DNA of 64,000 bases from Bdellovibrionales bacterium (GCA_050250255.1 JBFWOZ010000004.1:43557-107556); one strand, 5' to 3'; shown: positions 18,407 through 28,416, numbered from the stretch's first letter. The notes: generated by a model not told the origin, from the letters alone. Program-made: numbers and translations.

Positions 18407-20278
18407 ATGGCTAAACAACCGGTGTATCGCGCACTTAATCCAGACCTTGCCCCATCGACCCACAGACTTCCTCAACCGAAGCCTGCTTCGGATCCTTATG
18501 CCAATTTTCAGAAGATTCAAGGGTTTCACGAGTTACAAGAATGTCTGCCGGAAGCCGTTGTTCCTTACAAGGTTCGCGAGCTCGAGAATGGAAAAATCGC
18601 TTACTTCAACTACGAACTCGCAAAAGAAATGGGATTGATTCCCGCTCAACACCCGCATCGTTTGAATAAACAACTTGAAGCTAAAATTCTTTCGACGTTC
18701 GCGATTCAAATCATCAATGAATACGATCTCAAAAATAAAAAGAAATTTGATTCTGAAAAAGTAAAGCAATATGCCTACATGGCCACTCGTTATTTACAGC
18801 TCCAACACGTGAACAAAAAAGGTCAGACGTCTGGAGATGGCCGCAGTGTTTGGAATGGTCAAATTTCCTTCAAAGGTAAAACTTGGGACGTCAGCAGTCG
18901 TGGAACAGGTGTCACTTGCCTTGCGCCAGGTGCTGTCGATGCTGGAAAGCCCGTCAAAACGGGTGATACCAGTTTTGGATATGGATGTGGAACAGCCGAC
19001 CTCGACGAACTCATGGGCTCAGCTCTCATGTCAGAGATTTATCACCGTCAAGGATTACGTACCGAACGCGTTCTCACCATTATCGATCTCGGCAAAGGAG
19101 TTGGGATCGGTGTACGTGCAGCTCACAATCTTCTAAGGCCCGCACATATGTTTTCTTTTTTAAAACAAGAAAAGCGTGAGCCTCTACAGAGAGCTGCGGA
19201 CTACTTGATAAAACGCCAATACAAAAACAAGGAATGGCCCGTCTCTCTTAATGCTTCTTCTAAGTACGACAAAATGCTCATGGAAGTTTCCAAAAGTTTT
19301 GCCGAGTTTGTGGCCTGGCTTGAAATCAATTACATGTTTGTATGGCTCGATTGGGATGGCGACAATGTGCTCGCAAACGCGGGTATTATCGATTACGGCA
19401 GCGTTCGCCAGTTTGGTCTCTGCCATAATTTTTATCGCTACGATGATGTGGATCGGTTTTCAACTTCTCTCCCCGAACAGAAGTACAAAGCGCGTGAAAC
19501 CGTACAGGTTTTTGCTCAGCTTGTAGACTTTCTTAATACCGGTCGCAAAAAGCCAGTGGGCAAATACAAAAAGTCACCCGCACTTCGATACTTCGATGAA
19601 GTGTTCGTAAGCACCTACGATCGCCTTTTCCTATGGAGAATGGGCTTTGATGAAACCCAAAGCGCTTATTTAATTCAGAATCACCCCGAGGGGTTCGCAC
19701 AATTTAAAAAAAGCTTTCACTATTTTGAAAACAAAAAAACTCAAAAAAAGGTAGAAAAGCTACCGGACGGAATTAATAAAAATCCCATCTTTAATATGAG
19801 AAGTTTCTTGCGTGAATATCCCGTGCTTCTCGCTGAAAATGGGGTACAAATTTATCCCGTAGAGGAAATTTTCCACCTGTTACTTGCGGGTTCAGCTACG
19901 GGACGCGACACTCAGTTTAAGAAGAGTTACAATAAACCATTGGAACAGCTCCAAGCTCTTTATATGGAGCTTCTCCTTTCTTTGCCGGGTTCTCTCCTTA
20001 AAAATGTAGAGGCCATAAAGACACGCAGCGCTTCCATCAATAAAGCAAATCGCATTACCGGAAATTCTATCGAATGTACCGTGGAAGAGCTTCTTAAGGC
20101 GCGCCGCAAGGGACTTTCCTACTCCGAAATCCAAAAAGTGATGGAAATTTTCATCCAAAACCAAAGCCTTTCCGATCGTGTACCCACTCCCGTCCTACGC
20201 CTCTTTTCGGACGAACGCTCAAAACGTTTATTGGATAAGGTTCTCAACCTCGTCTCTCACTACTCGGAAGACATCTAA
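18407..20278 (+). CDS. Divergent SelO/YdiU-like protein adenylyltransferase
   Basis: SGDGRS, WDVSSRGTG.T, SE..H..G..T.R.L, DGDN and IIDYG motifs in SelO order. Confidence 0.6.
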   Translation: MAKQPVYRALNPDLAPSTHRLPQPKPASDPYANFQKIQGFHELQECLPEAVVPYKVRELENGKIAYFNYELAKEMGLIPAQHPHRLNKQLEAKILSTFAIQIINEYDLKNKKKFDSEKVKQYAYMATRYLQLQHVNKKGQTSGDGRSVWNGQISFKGKTWDVSSRGTGVTCLAPGAVDAGKPVKTGDTSFGYGCGTADLDELMGSALMSEIYHRQGLRTERVLTIIDLGKGVGIGVRAAHNLLRPAHMFSFLKQEKREPLQRAADYLIKRQYKNKEWPVSLNASSKYDKMLMEVSKSFAEFVAWLEINYMFVWLDWDGDNVLANAGIIDYGSVRQFGLCHNFYRYDDVDRFSTSLPEQKYKARETVQVFAQLVDFLNTGRKKPVGKYKKSPALRYFDEVFVSTYDRLFLWRMGFDETQSAYLIQNHPEGFAQFKKSFHYFENKKTQKKVEKLPDGINKNPIFNMRSFLREYPVLLAENGVQIYPVEEIFHLLLAGSATGRDTQFKKSYNKPLEQLQALYMELLLSLPGSLLKNVEAIKTRSASINKANRITGNSIECTVEELLKARRKGLSYSEIQKVMEIFIQNQSLSDRVPTPVLRLFSDERSKRLLDKVLNLVSHYSEDI

Positions 20279-20331
20279 AGCCATCTCTTTACAGGGTAAA
20301 TCAGTTATGTTCTGATGGAACAACTGTAGGA

Positions 20332-21309
20332 GTGGCTATGTATATCGTGACTGGTGCAGCAGGATTTATTGGAAGTGCTCTCGTTTGGGAACTTAATCAA
20401 CGCGGAATCAAAGACATCATCTGCGTTGATAATTTTCGCCAAAATGCGAAGTGGAAAAATCTCGCCAAAAGATCCTTTCTTCATTTTGTTTTAAAACAAG
20501 ATTTGTTCGACTTTTTAGCCCAAACGGATGTGATCGAAGACGTTAAGGGCGTGTTTCACATGGGCGCCTGCTCGAACACGACTGAAAATGATGTCGATTT
20601 TTTATTAGTAAATAATTATTATTATAGCCAACAACTCTTCAAGTGGTGTGCAAAACATCAAAAACGTTTTATCTATGCAAGTAGCGCTGCGGTTTATGGG
20701 GATGGCGAAAACGGCTACGATGATAATGCCGACTCACAAAAACTCGTACCTCTCAATCCTTATGGATATTCGAAGATTCTTTTTGACCGCTGGGCCCTTC
20801 AACAGACCAATACCCCTCCACAATGGGTCGGCTTAAGGTTTTTCAACGTATTTGGACCAGGGGAATATCACAAAGAAGAAATGGCCAGTGTTGTCTTTAA
20901 AGCCTTTCAACAAATACAAGAAAACAAATCCTTAAAACTCTTTAAGTCCTACCGTGAAGAATACGAAGACGGCAAGCAAATGCGCGACTTTGTTTACGTG
21001 AAGGATGTGACACGTTGGATGTGGGACATCTATCAATACACAAAGGGTAGCGGGATTTATAACATTGGTTATGGTAAAGCCCGCACCTGGGTAGATTTAG
21101 GTGAAGCGGTTTTTCAAAACATGGGCGTAAAGAAAAAAATAGAAATGATCGAAATGCCTGAAAGCATTCGTGACCAATACCAATACTTTACTCAAGCCAA
21201 ACTGGATAAGTTACTAAGCCTCGGCCTTACAGGTCCACAGTGGCCGCTCGAAAAAGCTATCGAAGATTATGTCGTAAATTATTTAATGAAAAAAGATTCC
21301 TATCTTTAA
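20332..21309 (+). CDS. hldD: ADP-L-glycero-D-manno-heptose 6-epimerase
   Basis: TGAAGFIGS, HMGACS.TT, YASSAAVYG, PLNPYGYSK, EYHK..MAS and YQYFTQA. Confidence 0.92.
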   Translation: MAMYIVTGAAGFIGSALVWELNQRGIKDIICVDNFRQNAKWKNLAKRSFLHFVLKQDLFDFLAQTDVIEDVKGVFHMGACSNTTENDVDFLLVNNYYYSQQLFKWCAKHQKRFIYASSAAVYGDGENGYDDNADSQKLVPLNPYGYSKILFDRWALQQTNTPPQWVGLRFFNVFGPGEYHKEEMASVVFKAFQQIQENKSLKLFKSYREEYEDGKQMRDFVYVKDVTRWMWDIYQYTKGSGIYNIGYGKARTWVDLGEAVFQNMGVKKKIEMIEMPESIRDQYQYFTQAKLDKLLSLGLTGPQWPLEKAIEDYVVNYLMKKDSYL

Positions 21310-21318
21310 GGAGAATTT

Positions 21319-22212
21319 ATGAAACTCTTATGTTCACTATTGATTCTTTTAGCAGCACTCCCCGTTTTCTCATTCGCTTCACCCATCTGGAACCAAACAC
21401 CACTGAACTATAGGACCAAGAATTTCCATATGGGTTACTACATGAGCAGTGTCACCAACACCCAAAAGAAATTTATCGTGCGTGTACCTAAGCGATATGT
21501 TCCAGGTCAACCTGTTGAGCTCGTTTATTTCTTAGCGGGTGGATCTGGTGAGGCAGAAAATATGGCCACGGCTTTAGAATATCTAAGCCCCTACCTCGAC
21601 AATCCTATTTTTGATAACGTCCTCTTCGTTGCACCAGACGCTAAAAACGCGGGATTATGGTCTGACACTCCTATCTTTAAAAATGAACAGATGGTTTTTG
21701 AACTCATCGAATATATCGAAAGAAACATTCCACATACTCCAGGAAGAAAGCTGATTGGCCATTCACTCGGAGGAACTGGAGCTCTTCATTTCGCCTACAA
21801 ATATGGAAATAAATTTGATGCGATGGCCTCTATTAGCCCCGCGATCTTGAAATGGTCACCTTTTGAGGTTACCGACGAGTTGATCAAAAATTATATTCGT
21901 GATCACGCACCCAATATCGATTTCGACTACTTCAAAATGTTCATACTTTCCATCCGCGATTCTTTCGCCATGCCAGAATATTGGAAAAGATATGACTTTT
22001 ATGAGCGTCTTCCCACGCAAAATCTTCCTAAATGCTACGCGATTTTTACAGGCGCAAAAGATTCTTTAGGCTTTGCATTTCTTGGGCGTGAATTCATAAG
22101 GATCGCGAGAACCTACAATAAAAATGTTCTCTATTATGAAGATCCTAGTCGTGATCATGCGGTCGACAAATCAATTCTCGAAGTCATGCAGTTCTTCCGA
22201 ACCTGCCAGTAG
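21319..22212 (+). CDS. Secreted esterase (alpha/beta hydrolase)
   Basis: Signal peptide; GHSLGG; C-terminal Asp/His. Confidence 0.75.
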   Translation: MKLLCSLLILLAALPVFSFASPIWNQTPLNYRTKNFHMGYYMSSVTNTQKKFIVRVPKRYVPGQPVELVYFLAGGSGEAENMATALEYLSPYLDNPIFDNVLFVAPDAKNAGLWSDTPIFKNEQMVFELIEYIERNIPHTPGRKLIGHSLGGTGALHFAYKYGNKFDAMASISPAILKWSPFEVTDELIKNYIRDHAPNIDFDYFKMFILSIRDSFAMPEYWKRYDFYERLPTQNLPKCYAIFTGAKDSLGFAFLGREFIRIARTYNKNVLYYEDPSRDHAVDKSILEVMQFFRTCQ

Positions 22213-22223
22213 CCTAAAATGCA

Positions 22224-22261
22224 AGAAGCTTGAGGCAAAGGCAACTCGCTTTCAAGCTTCT
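22224..22261. repeat. 10-bp inverted repeat (possible terminator)
   Basis: AGAAGCTTGA-N18-TCAAGCTTCT right after the esterase stop. Confidence 0.6.
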
Positions 22262-22284
22262 CACTTTCAAATAAAGTATCGTGT

Positions 22285-22415
22285 TGGGTGGGCCTCTGAG
22301 AGCTTTGTGCAAAAAACGAGTTCCACAGCGTCTTCTCCATAAAACATAAAAAATAAAAACCCCTGAGCGAGGACTGTCTGAGCTTTTTTGTGCAAAGCTC
22401 TCAGAGGCCCACCCA
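22285..22415. repeat. 32-bp inverted-repeat element (REP/MITE-like)
   Basis: Arms 22285-22316 and 22384-22415 are reverse complements at 30/32 positions; the two mismatches form G-U pairs on the + strand RNA; 67-nt spacer. Confidence 0.8.
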
Positions 22416-22422
22416 CCAGGAA

Positions 22423-23526
22423 CTATTTCTTCATCCAACTCTGCCAATAATTTTTAACTTCAACAGAATCAAGAATCGGATCCACGGTTAATGGAAATCG
22501 CGTATCCACCATGACCGCATATTCTTCCGTATGAGTTTTTGTTTTAATCTTCTCCATAGCCTTAGGATGCGGTCCATGTGGAAAACCCGCGGGATGTAAG
22601 GTCATCATGCCTGCATGCAAATTGTCTCGACTGAAAAAATCCCCATCATGATAAAACAGCACTTCATCGTAATCCATATTCTGATGATAAAAAGGAACCT
22701 TCAGAGCATCGCTATCGGACTCCAAAGGTCTTGGTAAGAAAGTACAAACCACAAATCCATGAGCCACAAATGTTGTGTGCGCGCTTGGAGGTAAGTGAGC
22801 TCTATGACTCATGAGGGGCATCATATCATCGATATGGAGCGTGAAGGGAAAGAGATCTCCCTTCCAACCTAACACATCATAAATGTGTCCAGAATATTGA
22901 AATTTCGTCAGCTGATCTTGTCGTTTTACTGAAACATCGATAATAGGCTGCTTGTTTTTTTCAAAGTAAGCCTGTTGAGCATCGAGATCCGGCTTCGCAA
23001 TATTCGCAATATCATAAACCGCATGACGTCCCACCATTCCACGATCTGGCTCACTAAAATAACCTTCTCGTGCTTCGATCACAAAAAACTGAGAAGCCAT
23101 TGTTGGAACAATAGTATGGGTCATACATTTACGAATCACAATATAGTGACCTCGACGATATTCGAGCATCCCGTAATCCGTTAGGATAACTCCCTCACCT
23201 TGATGACAAAAATAAAGGGTATCGCCATCTGAGTTGCGAAACGCTTTGTGAGCTTCTTGCTTCGGATGGGACCACATTTGGTAAATCGCCACTTCGCGGT
23301 TGTGAACCACTCGTTGCATTTTGTCTTCTTTAGGAAGCTCCACAAGGTCATAAAGACGTGGCTTTAAGTTTCCTTCAATATTCACCCAATGAGTACTGGG
23401 ATTTTTACGAATCAAATGAGAAACAGGTCCGAAAAAACCGCCTCGTCCTTGCTCTTCTTCGTAATAACCCTCGGGAATTCCTTTATGAGCCTGCTTCGTA
23501 TGTCTCCCTTGCGAATAATGATGCAT
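22423..23526 (-). CDS. hmgA: Homogentisate 1,2-dioxygenase
   Basis: NSDGD, DVLGWKGDL, HLPPSAH, PFYHQNMDYDEV.FY, HP.GFPHGP and AVMVDT; coupled to hppD. Confidence 0.88.
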   Translation of the reverse strand: MHHYSQGRHTKQAHKGIPEGYYEEEQGRGGFFGPVSHLIRKNPSTHWVNIEGNLKPRLYDLVELPKEDKMQRVVHNREVAIYQMWSHPKQEAHKAFRNSDGDTLYFCHQGEGVILTDYGMLEYRRGHYIVIRKCMTHTIVPTMASQFFVIEAREGYFSEPDRGMVGRHAVYDIANIAKPDLDAQQAYFEKNKQPIIDVSVKRQDQLTKFQYSGHIYDVLGWKGDLFPFTLHIDDMMPLMSHRAHLPPSAHTTFVAHGFVVCTFLPRPLESDSDALKVPFYHQNMDYDEVLFYHDGDFFSRDNLHAGMMTLHPAGFPHGPHPKAMEKIKTKTHTEEYAVMVDTRFPLTVDPILDSVEVKNYWQSWMKK

Positions 23527-24572
23527 TAGAGAACTCCTCGCGACTCTTGATCTCTTTCAATCGCGTCGAAAAGTGCCTGAAAATTTCCGTCTCCGAAACC
23601 GTCATGACCCTTTCGCTGAATCACTTCAAAGAAAATAGGCCCAATCACGTTCTTCGTAAAAATTTGCAAGAGATACCCGTGATCATCACCGTCCACGAGA
23701 ATTCTTAATTTCTTCAGACGATCAATCGGCTCAGTCACATTCGGCACACGATCTGGAATCATGTCAAAGTACGCATCTGGGGCGTCGAGAAAATCAACAC
23801 CCTCATCTCTCACCGAAGAAACCGACTGACACACATTCGTGGTTAAAAGAGCAACGTGCTGAATGCCCGAACCCTGATATTCGTTAATGTATTCCTGAAT
23901 CTGAGATTTCTGATCGGCAGGCTCGTTGATCGGAATCATGATTTTCCCACATGGAGAAATCATCACCTTAGAAATGAGTCCCGTTTTTGTTCCGCGAATA
24001 TCGAAATAACGTCTTTCCGTAAAGTTAAAAACTTTCTCGTAGAAATCACACCATTTTTGCATTTCACCCACTGGAACATTGTTCGTCATGTGGTCCACTC
24101 GCAAAAAGCCTTTGCCCGTAATGGTATTTTTATTTGTTACGTTAAAGTGAGAATCGTAGATCGTATTGGTTTTATATTGATCAATAAAATAAACGAGAGA
24201 ATCACCGATTCCATAAATCGTTGGGAAATCTCCGATTAATTTAGAGCGATCACCGGTGTAAGGTTTTGCGCCACGAGCTACTGCCGTTTTGAAAGCTTCC
24301 GCCGCATTCTTCACCCGAAAGCCTGCAGAAGAAATACTTGGACCATGAAGCTTGTGAAAATCTTCTCCGAAAGAGCCAGCCTGTTTGTTCATCAAAAAAT
24401 TAATGTCGTTTTGGCGATAAAGATCAATTTTTTGATTTTTGTGTTCGCCGACTTTTTCAAACCCGAGTTTTTTAAAAAGAGGTTCCAGCGGTTTATCTGC
24501 AGGCGAGCTGTACTCTAAAAACTCAATACCATCTAAACCCACAGGGTTATAACTTTGATCTACTTGACCCAT
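23526..24572 (-). CDS. hppD: 4-hydroxyphenylpyruvate dioxygenase
   Basis: DHMTNNV, SQIQEY, GIQHVAL, LLQIFT and FFEVIQRKG..GFGDGNF.ALF.AIERDQ. Confidence 0.95.
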   Translation of the reverse strand: MGQVDQSYNPVGLDGIEFLEYSSPADKPLEPLFKKLGFEKVGEHKNQKIDLYRQNDINFLMNKQAGSFGEDFHKLHGPSISSAGFRVKNAAEAFKTAVARGAKPYTGDRSKLIGDFPTIYGIGDSLVYFIDQYKTNTIYDSHFNVTNKNTITGKGFLRVDHMTNNVPVGEMQKWCDFYEKVFNFTERRYFDIRGTKTGLISKVMISPCGKIMIPINEPADQKSQIQEYINEYQGSGIQHVALLTTNVCQSVSSVRDEGVDFLDAPDAYFDMIPDRVPNVTEPIDRLKKLRILVDGDDHGYLLQIFTKNVIGPIFFEVIQRKGHDGFGDGNFQALFDAIERDQESRGVL

Positions 24573-24755
24573 AAAGATTCTCCTCTGTTTTTAACCCGAG
24601 CAGTTTAGAGCTGATCCTCTCTCGAGACAACCCTCCTTGAAGGAAGCTCGATTTTAGAGGAAAAACGTAATGCAATTGGCAAAAAACCCGTTTCCTCCCT
24701 CGAAACCCATAAGAATGTTGACTTTGCGCATCGCATTTTCGATATTCCGGGACCT

Positions 24756-25937
24756 ATGAGTACATCTTATTGGTTAGATAGATCGAGCGATCTTTCAAAA
24801 AAGTCCGCTGAAACAAAAACCTTCGACATTCTCATTATCGGAGCCGGCCTCTCAGGTCTCTCCACTGCCTACTGGCTAAAGAAGGAAGACCCCAACCTAA
24901 AAGTCGCGATTGTGGAAAAAAGCCGAGTCGGCTTTGGAGCCAGTGGCCGTAATGCCGGTTTTATCACTTGCGGATCGGTAGAACATTTTAATCGTCTCCA
25001 CCACAAATATGGCGAGAAGCTCGCGGCTGAAATTTGGAAGTTCTCAGAAACCAATCTTGAACTTCTCAAAGAAAACATCATCCAAGATCAGCAAGATGTG
25101 ATTCATTTTGAACAAAAAGGAACTTTCTCCCTCGCCTCTACACCTCCTGAATGTGAAGAACTTCGTGGCTCTGCCCAACTCATGAAAAGTCTTGGCATCG
25201 AAGTGGAAGAACTCGACGAAGCCGCCATTACAAGCCGCCTTGGAGTCCAAGGTTTCGTTGGCGGGATTAAATACCTTCGCGATGCCTGCGTGAATCCGGC
25301 AAAGCTCCTCGAACTTCTCCGCAAAAGAGCTAACGTCGAAATTTTTGAAAGCACTGAAGTGTTTAGCATCGAAAGAAATGGCGATTCTCGTCTCGTTAAA
25401 ACCGATAACGGAACTTTTGACGCCTCCATGGTCGTGGCTGCTCTCAACGGTTATTCCTCAAGCCTCTTTCCATATTTTGAAGACAAGATTTTTCCAACCC
25501 GCGGTCAAATCCTCGTCACAGAACCTACAGAACGTTTTATGGAAGGCCCGTGCTACGCCAATTTCTATTTAGATTACTTCCGCCAACTCACAACGGGTGA
25601 AATTCTCATTGGCGGCTTTCGTCAGCTCGAAAAAGAAACAGAAGTCGGCTACTCCGACCATATTACAAAGTTGATTCAGACAAATTTAGAGCAATTTATT
25701 CGCGAACATATCCCGGCGATCAAAGATAAGAAAATCACTCACCGCTGGGGTGGTGTGATGGGCTTCTCGGTAGATGGCCAGCCTATGGTGGGCTCTCTCC
25801 CGGATGATCCACAAATTCTTTTTCACGGAGGATTTACCGGACACGGCCTAGGACTCGCGTTCTATACTGCAAAGTGTCTTGTGGATATGATGTTTGAGAG
25901 AGAAATTCCTTCCTTTGTTTCCGCACGTAGATTTTAA
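24756..25937 (+). CDS. FAD-dependent oxidoreductase (DAO/PuuB family)
   Basis: IIGAGLSG, GASGRNAG, WGGVMG and GFTGHG. Confidence 0.85.
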   Translation: MSTSYWLDRSSDLSKKSAETKTFDILIIGAGLSGLSTAYWLKKEDPNLKVAIVEKSRVGFGASGRNAGFITCGSVEHFNRLHHKYGEKLAAEIWKFSETNLELLKENIIQDQQDVIHFEQKGTFSLASTPPECEELRGSAQLMKSLGIEVEELDEAAITSRLGVQGFVGGIKYLRDACVNPAKLLELLRKRANVEIFESTEVFSIERNGDSRLVKTDNGTFDASMVVAALNGYSSSLFPYFEDKIFPTRGQILVTEPTERFMEGPCYANFYLDYFRQLTTGEILIGGFRQLEKETEVGYSDHITKLIQTNLEQFIREHIPAIKDKKITHRWGGVMGFSVDGQPMVGSLPDDPQILFHGGFTGHGLGLAFYTAKCLVDMMFEREIPSFVSARRF

Positions 25938-25946
25938 TAGGGACAT

Positions 25947-26291
25947 ATGACATTTAAATTTGAAAATGCCGACAGCTCTTTTGGAATCCTTGAAGTAGAA
26001 CCTTCTGAAGTTTTTGAAAACCTCAAAAACGTGAAGATTGTAGATGTAAGAACCACCGAAGAGTTTACCGATGAGCTCAACCACATTGAGGGCGCTGATC
26101 TCATTCCCCTCGACACCCTTCCAGAACAAATCGTTCAGCTGCCAAAAGAAGAGGCGATTGTATTTGTATGTCGTTCCGGCGGCCGCTCCGCAAGAGCCAC
26201 AGCTTTTGCATTAGAAAACGGCTTTGAAAATGTCTACAACATGCGCGGGGGCATGATGCTCTGGAACGACCTCGGCCTCAAAACAGAATAA
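25947..26291 (+). CDS. Rhodanese-like domain protein
   Basis: VDVR..EF...HIEGA, CRSGGRS and GGMMLW. Confidence 0.9.
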   Translation: MTFKFENADSSFGILEVEPSEVFENLKNVKIVDVRTTEEFTDELNHIEGADLIPLDTLPEQIVQLPKEEAIVFVCRSGGRSARATAFALENGFENVYNMRGGMMLWNDLGLKTE

Positions 26292-26301
26292 GAGCTCAAA
26301 A

Positions 26302-27675
26302 ATGCACCCAAACATCTTCGTTAACCGCACACTGAATCTTAAAAAAATTAAATACATTGGATTTGATATGGACCACACCTTGGTTCGCTATCATTCTAAA
26401 AACTTTGAAAAGCTCGCTCACACAACCCTCATCGAGAAGCTGATCAAAAACCTGAATTACCCGAAGGAGCTTAAAAAGCTCCCTTTTGCGTTTGATCGTG
26501 CGATTCGTGGGTTAGTGATCGACAAAAAAAACGGAAACCTTTTAAAGCTCAGTCGTTGGGGTGCCATCCGCATCAGCTACCATGGTACACAGAGAATTGA
26601 TTTCGATAAACAAAAAGAATTTTATAAGAGCACCTACATCGATTTACGAGATCCACATTACTCTTCTATCGATACCGCCTTTTCTATCGCCTTTGCCGTT
26701 CTCTACGCACAGCTTGTCGATTTTAAAGATAAAAATTTGGATGTTCTCCCTGATTACGAGAGTATCGCCAACGATTTAAATGCGAGTCTCGATGCCGCCC
26801 ATCGTGATGGCAGTTTGAAAAATGCGGTAGAGAAAGATCTCGCTCATTACATCAAAAAAGATGCCCAAACGGTGAAGGCGCTGGAGCGCTTTAAGAAACT
26901 AGGTAAGACACTTTTTGTTCTAACGAATTCCGATTTTTACTACACCAAGCTTCTTCTCGACTACGCGATCAATCCTTACTTAAAAGATCACAAGTCGTGG
27001 CACCAACTTTTTGAGTACACCTTTACTCATGCAAGAAAACCGCGCTTCTTCTTTGATAAGCAGGATTTCTTAAAAGTGAATATCAAAGACGGTTCTCTGA
27101 CCAATCACTATGGCCCTCTCGGACAGGGTGTTTATCAGGGCGGCTGTGCGAATGATTTTACAACCGGTCTCGGCCTCAATGGTGACGATGTTCTTTACAT
27201 CGGAGACCATATTTATTCTGATATTTTAAGAATCAAAAAAGACTGTAATTGGCGTACGGCTCTCGTGGTCGAAGAACTCGATTACGAAATCGAAAAGCTC
27301 AATAAAGCCCAACCCATTGACGAGAAAATCGCACAACTCATGGACGAAAAGGAACCGTTCGAAGACGAAGTGGTGAAACTTGTCACCTTGGCAAAAGAGC
27401 AAGGAAGAAAAACTCTCGACGATAAAAAGATCATAGCTCTTCAAGAAAAAATCAAAACGATTGATAAAAAGATCAGTCCCCTGATTCAAAAGCATGAAGA
27501 ACTCTTCAATCCTTATTGGGGAGAAGTCATGCGCGCCGGAAACGAAGAAAGCTACTTCGCCCGCCAGATGCAGAGCTTTGCCTGCATCTACATGGCGGAC
27601 ATTCTTCATTTCCTCAACTGCTCACCGCGCATTTACTTCCGCGCGCCTCGTCGACTCATGCCTCACGAGCTGTAG
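26302..27675 (+). CDS. HAD-IG 5'-nucleotidase (cytosolic cN-II-like)
   Basis: IFVNRTL, GFDMDHTL, TNS, KP.FF and YIGDHIYSDI. Confidence 0.9.
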   Translation: MHPNIFVNRTLNLKKIKYIGFDMDHTLVRYHSKNFEKLAHTTLIEKLIKNLNYPKELKKLPFAFDRAIRGLVIDKKNGNLLKLSRWGAIRISYHGTQRIDFDKQKEFYKSTYIDLRDPHYSSIDTAFSIAFAVLYAQLVDFKDKNLDVLPDYESIANDLNASLDAAHRDGSLKNAVEKDLAHYIKKDAQTVKALERFKKLGKTLFVLTNSDFYYTKLLLDYAINPYLKDHKSWHQLFEYTFTHARKPRFFFDKQDFLKVNIKDGSLTNHYGPLGQGVYQGGCANDFTTGLGLNGDDVLYIGDHIYSDILRIKKDCNWRTALVVEELDYEIEKLNKAQPIDEKIAQLMDEKEPFEDEVVKLVTLAKEQGRKTLDDKKIIALQEKIKTIDKKISPLIQKHEELFNPYWGEVMRAGNEESYFARQMQSFACIYMADILHFLNCSPRIYFRAPRRLMPHEL

Positions 27676-27678
27676 TCT

Positions 27679-28416
27679 CTATAGAGTTTTATAGAGGAAC
27701 ATAACGTAGTCATCTTGGCCAAAAAGTTCTAGCGCTCCAGCGAGCGCCGTAGGTTTTTGATCTTTGAGCTCTTTATCGAACTTGCTCTGCTTTAAGAGAT
27801 AAGAACATCCCAATGCCTCCATCGAATCATATGTGAAATCTCCTTCACACATCTGTGTCTTACGAAGAGATTCGAGTTGTTCGGAGTTTCTTTCGAGCAT
27901 GGAAATGGAAATAAACTTCAGCTCAGTTTCTTTCGTGAGTTTTTCACTCATTGTTCCAGCAAAGAGACGTGAAACGGTCTGAGTTGGTAAATAGAGAATC
28001 GCTCTTTCACCTCTATTGAAAACTTCTTGGAGCTGAGATTCAAGTGCCGCAAGATCTATAGGTTCAGCCAGGTTAACGACTCGAGCGTCTGAAAACTCGA
28101 GCGATTTTGCCGAAAAAATGGTCGAATAGTTTTGCCCATCACTCCGAGCCGTGCGTACAAAGGCTTTTAAAACTTGATCGTGTTGTGAAGATTTTGGGTC
28201 ATAACCTAAAAGCAATAAGTTCATGCGGAAAAGGCGCTGCCGGAGCTGCCGATAGGTCCAAAACCCCATATCCCCGGCCTGTTCAAAATGGGAGGGTCTG
28301 ATCACCCCAACCGACTTCGATTTCATTCCATAATTCGCCAAAAAGAGAGCTATCCCGATAAGGGTGAAAATAGGGATACTCCAGATGGCCATTTTCAGAA
28401 ATTTGGATGAATTCAT
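27679..28416 (-). CDS. Hypothetical membrane-anchored protein
   Basis: 245-aa ORF with an N-terminal TM helix. Confidence 0.6.
   Translation of the reverse strand: MNSSKFLKMAIWSIPIFTLIGIALFLANYGMKSKSVGVIRPSHFEQAGDMGFWTYRQLRQRLFRMNLLLLGYDPKSSQHDQVLKAFVRTARSDGQNYSTIFSAKSLEFSDARVVNLAEPIDLAALESQLQEVFNRGERAILYLPTQTVSRLFAGTMSEKLTKETELKFISISMLERNSEQLESLRKTQMCEGDFTYDSMEALGCSYLLKQSKFDKELKDQKPTALAGALELFGQDDYVMFLYKTL

Noticed and set aside
22124..22447. Short ORFs across the inverted-repeat element
   Set aside because: Translations on both strands mirror each other (GWASESF.QK), a by-product of the repeat.
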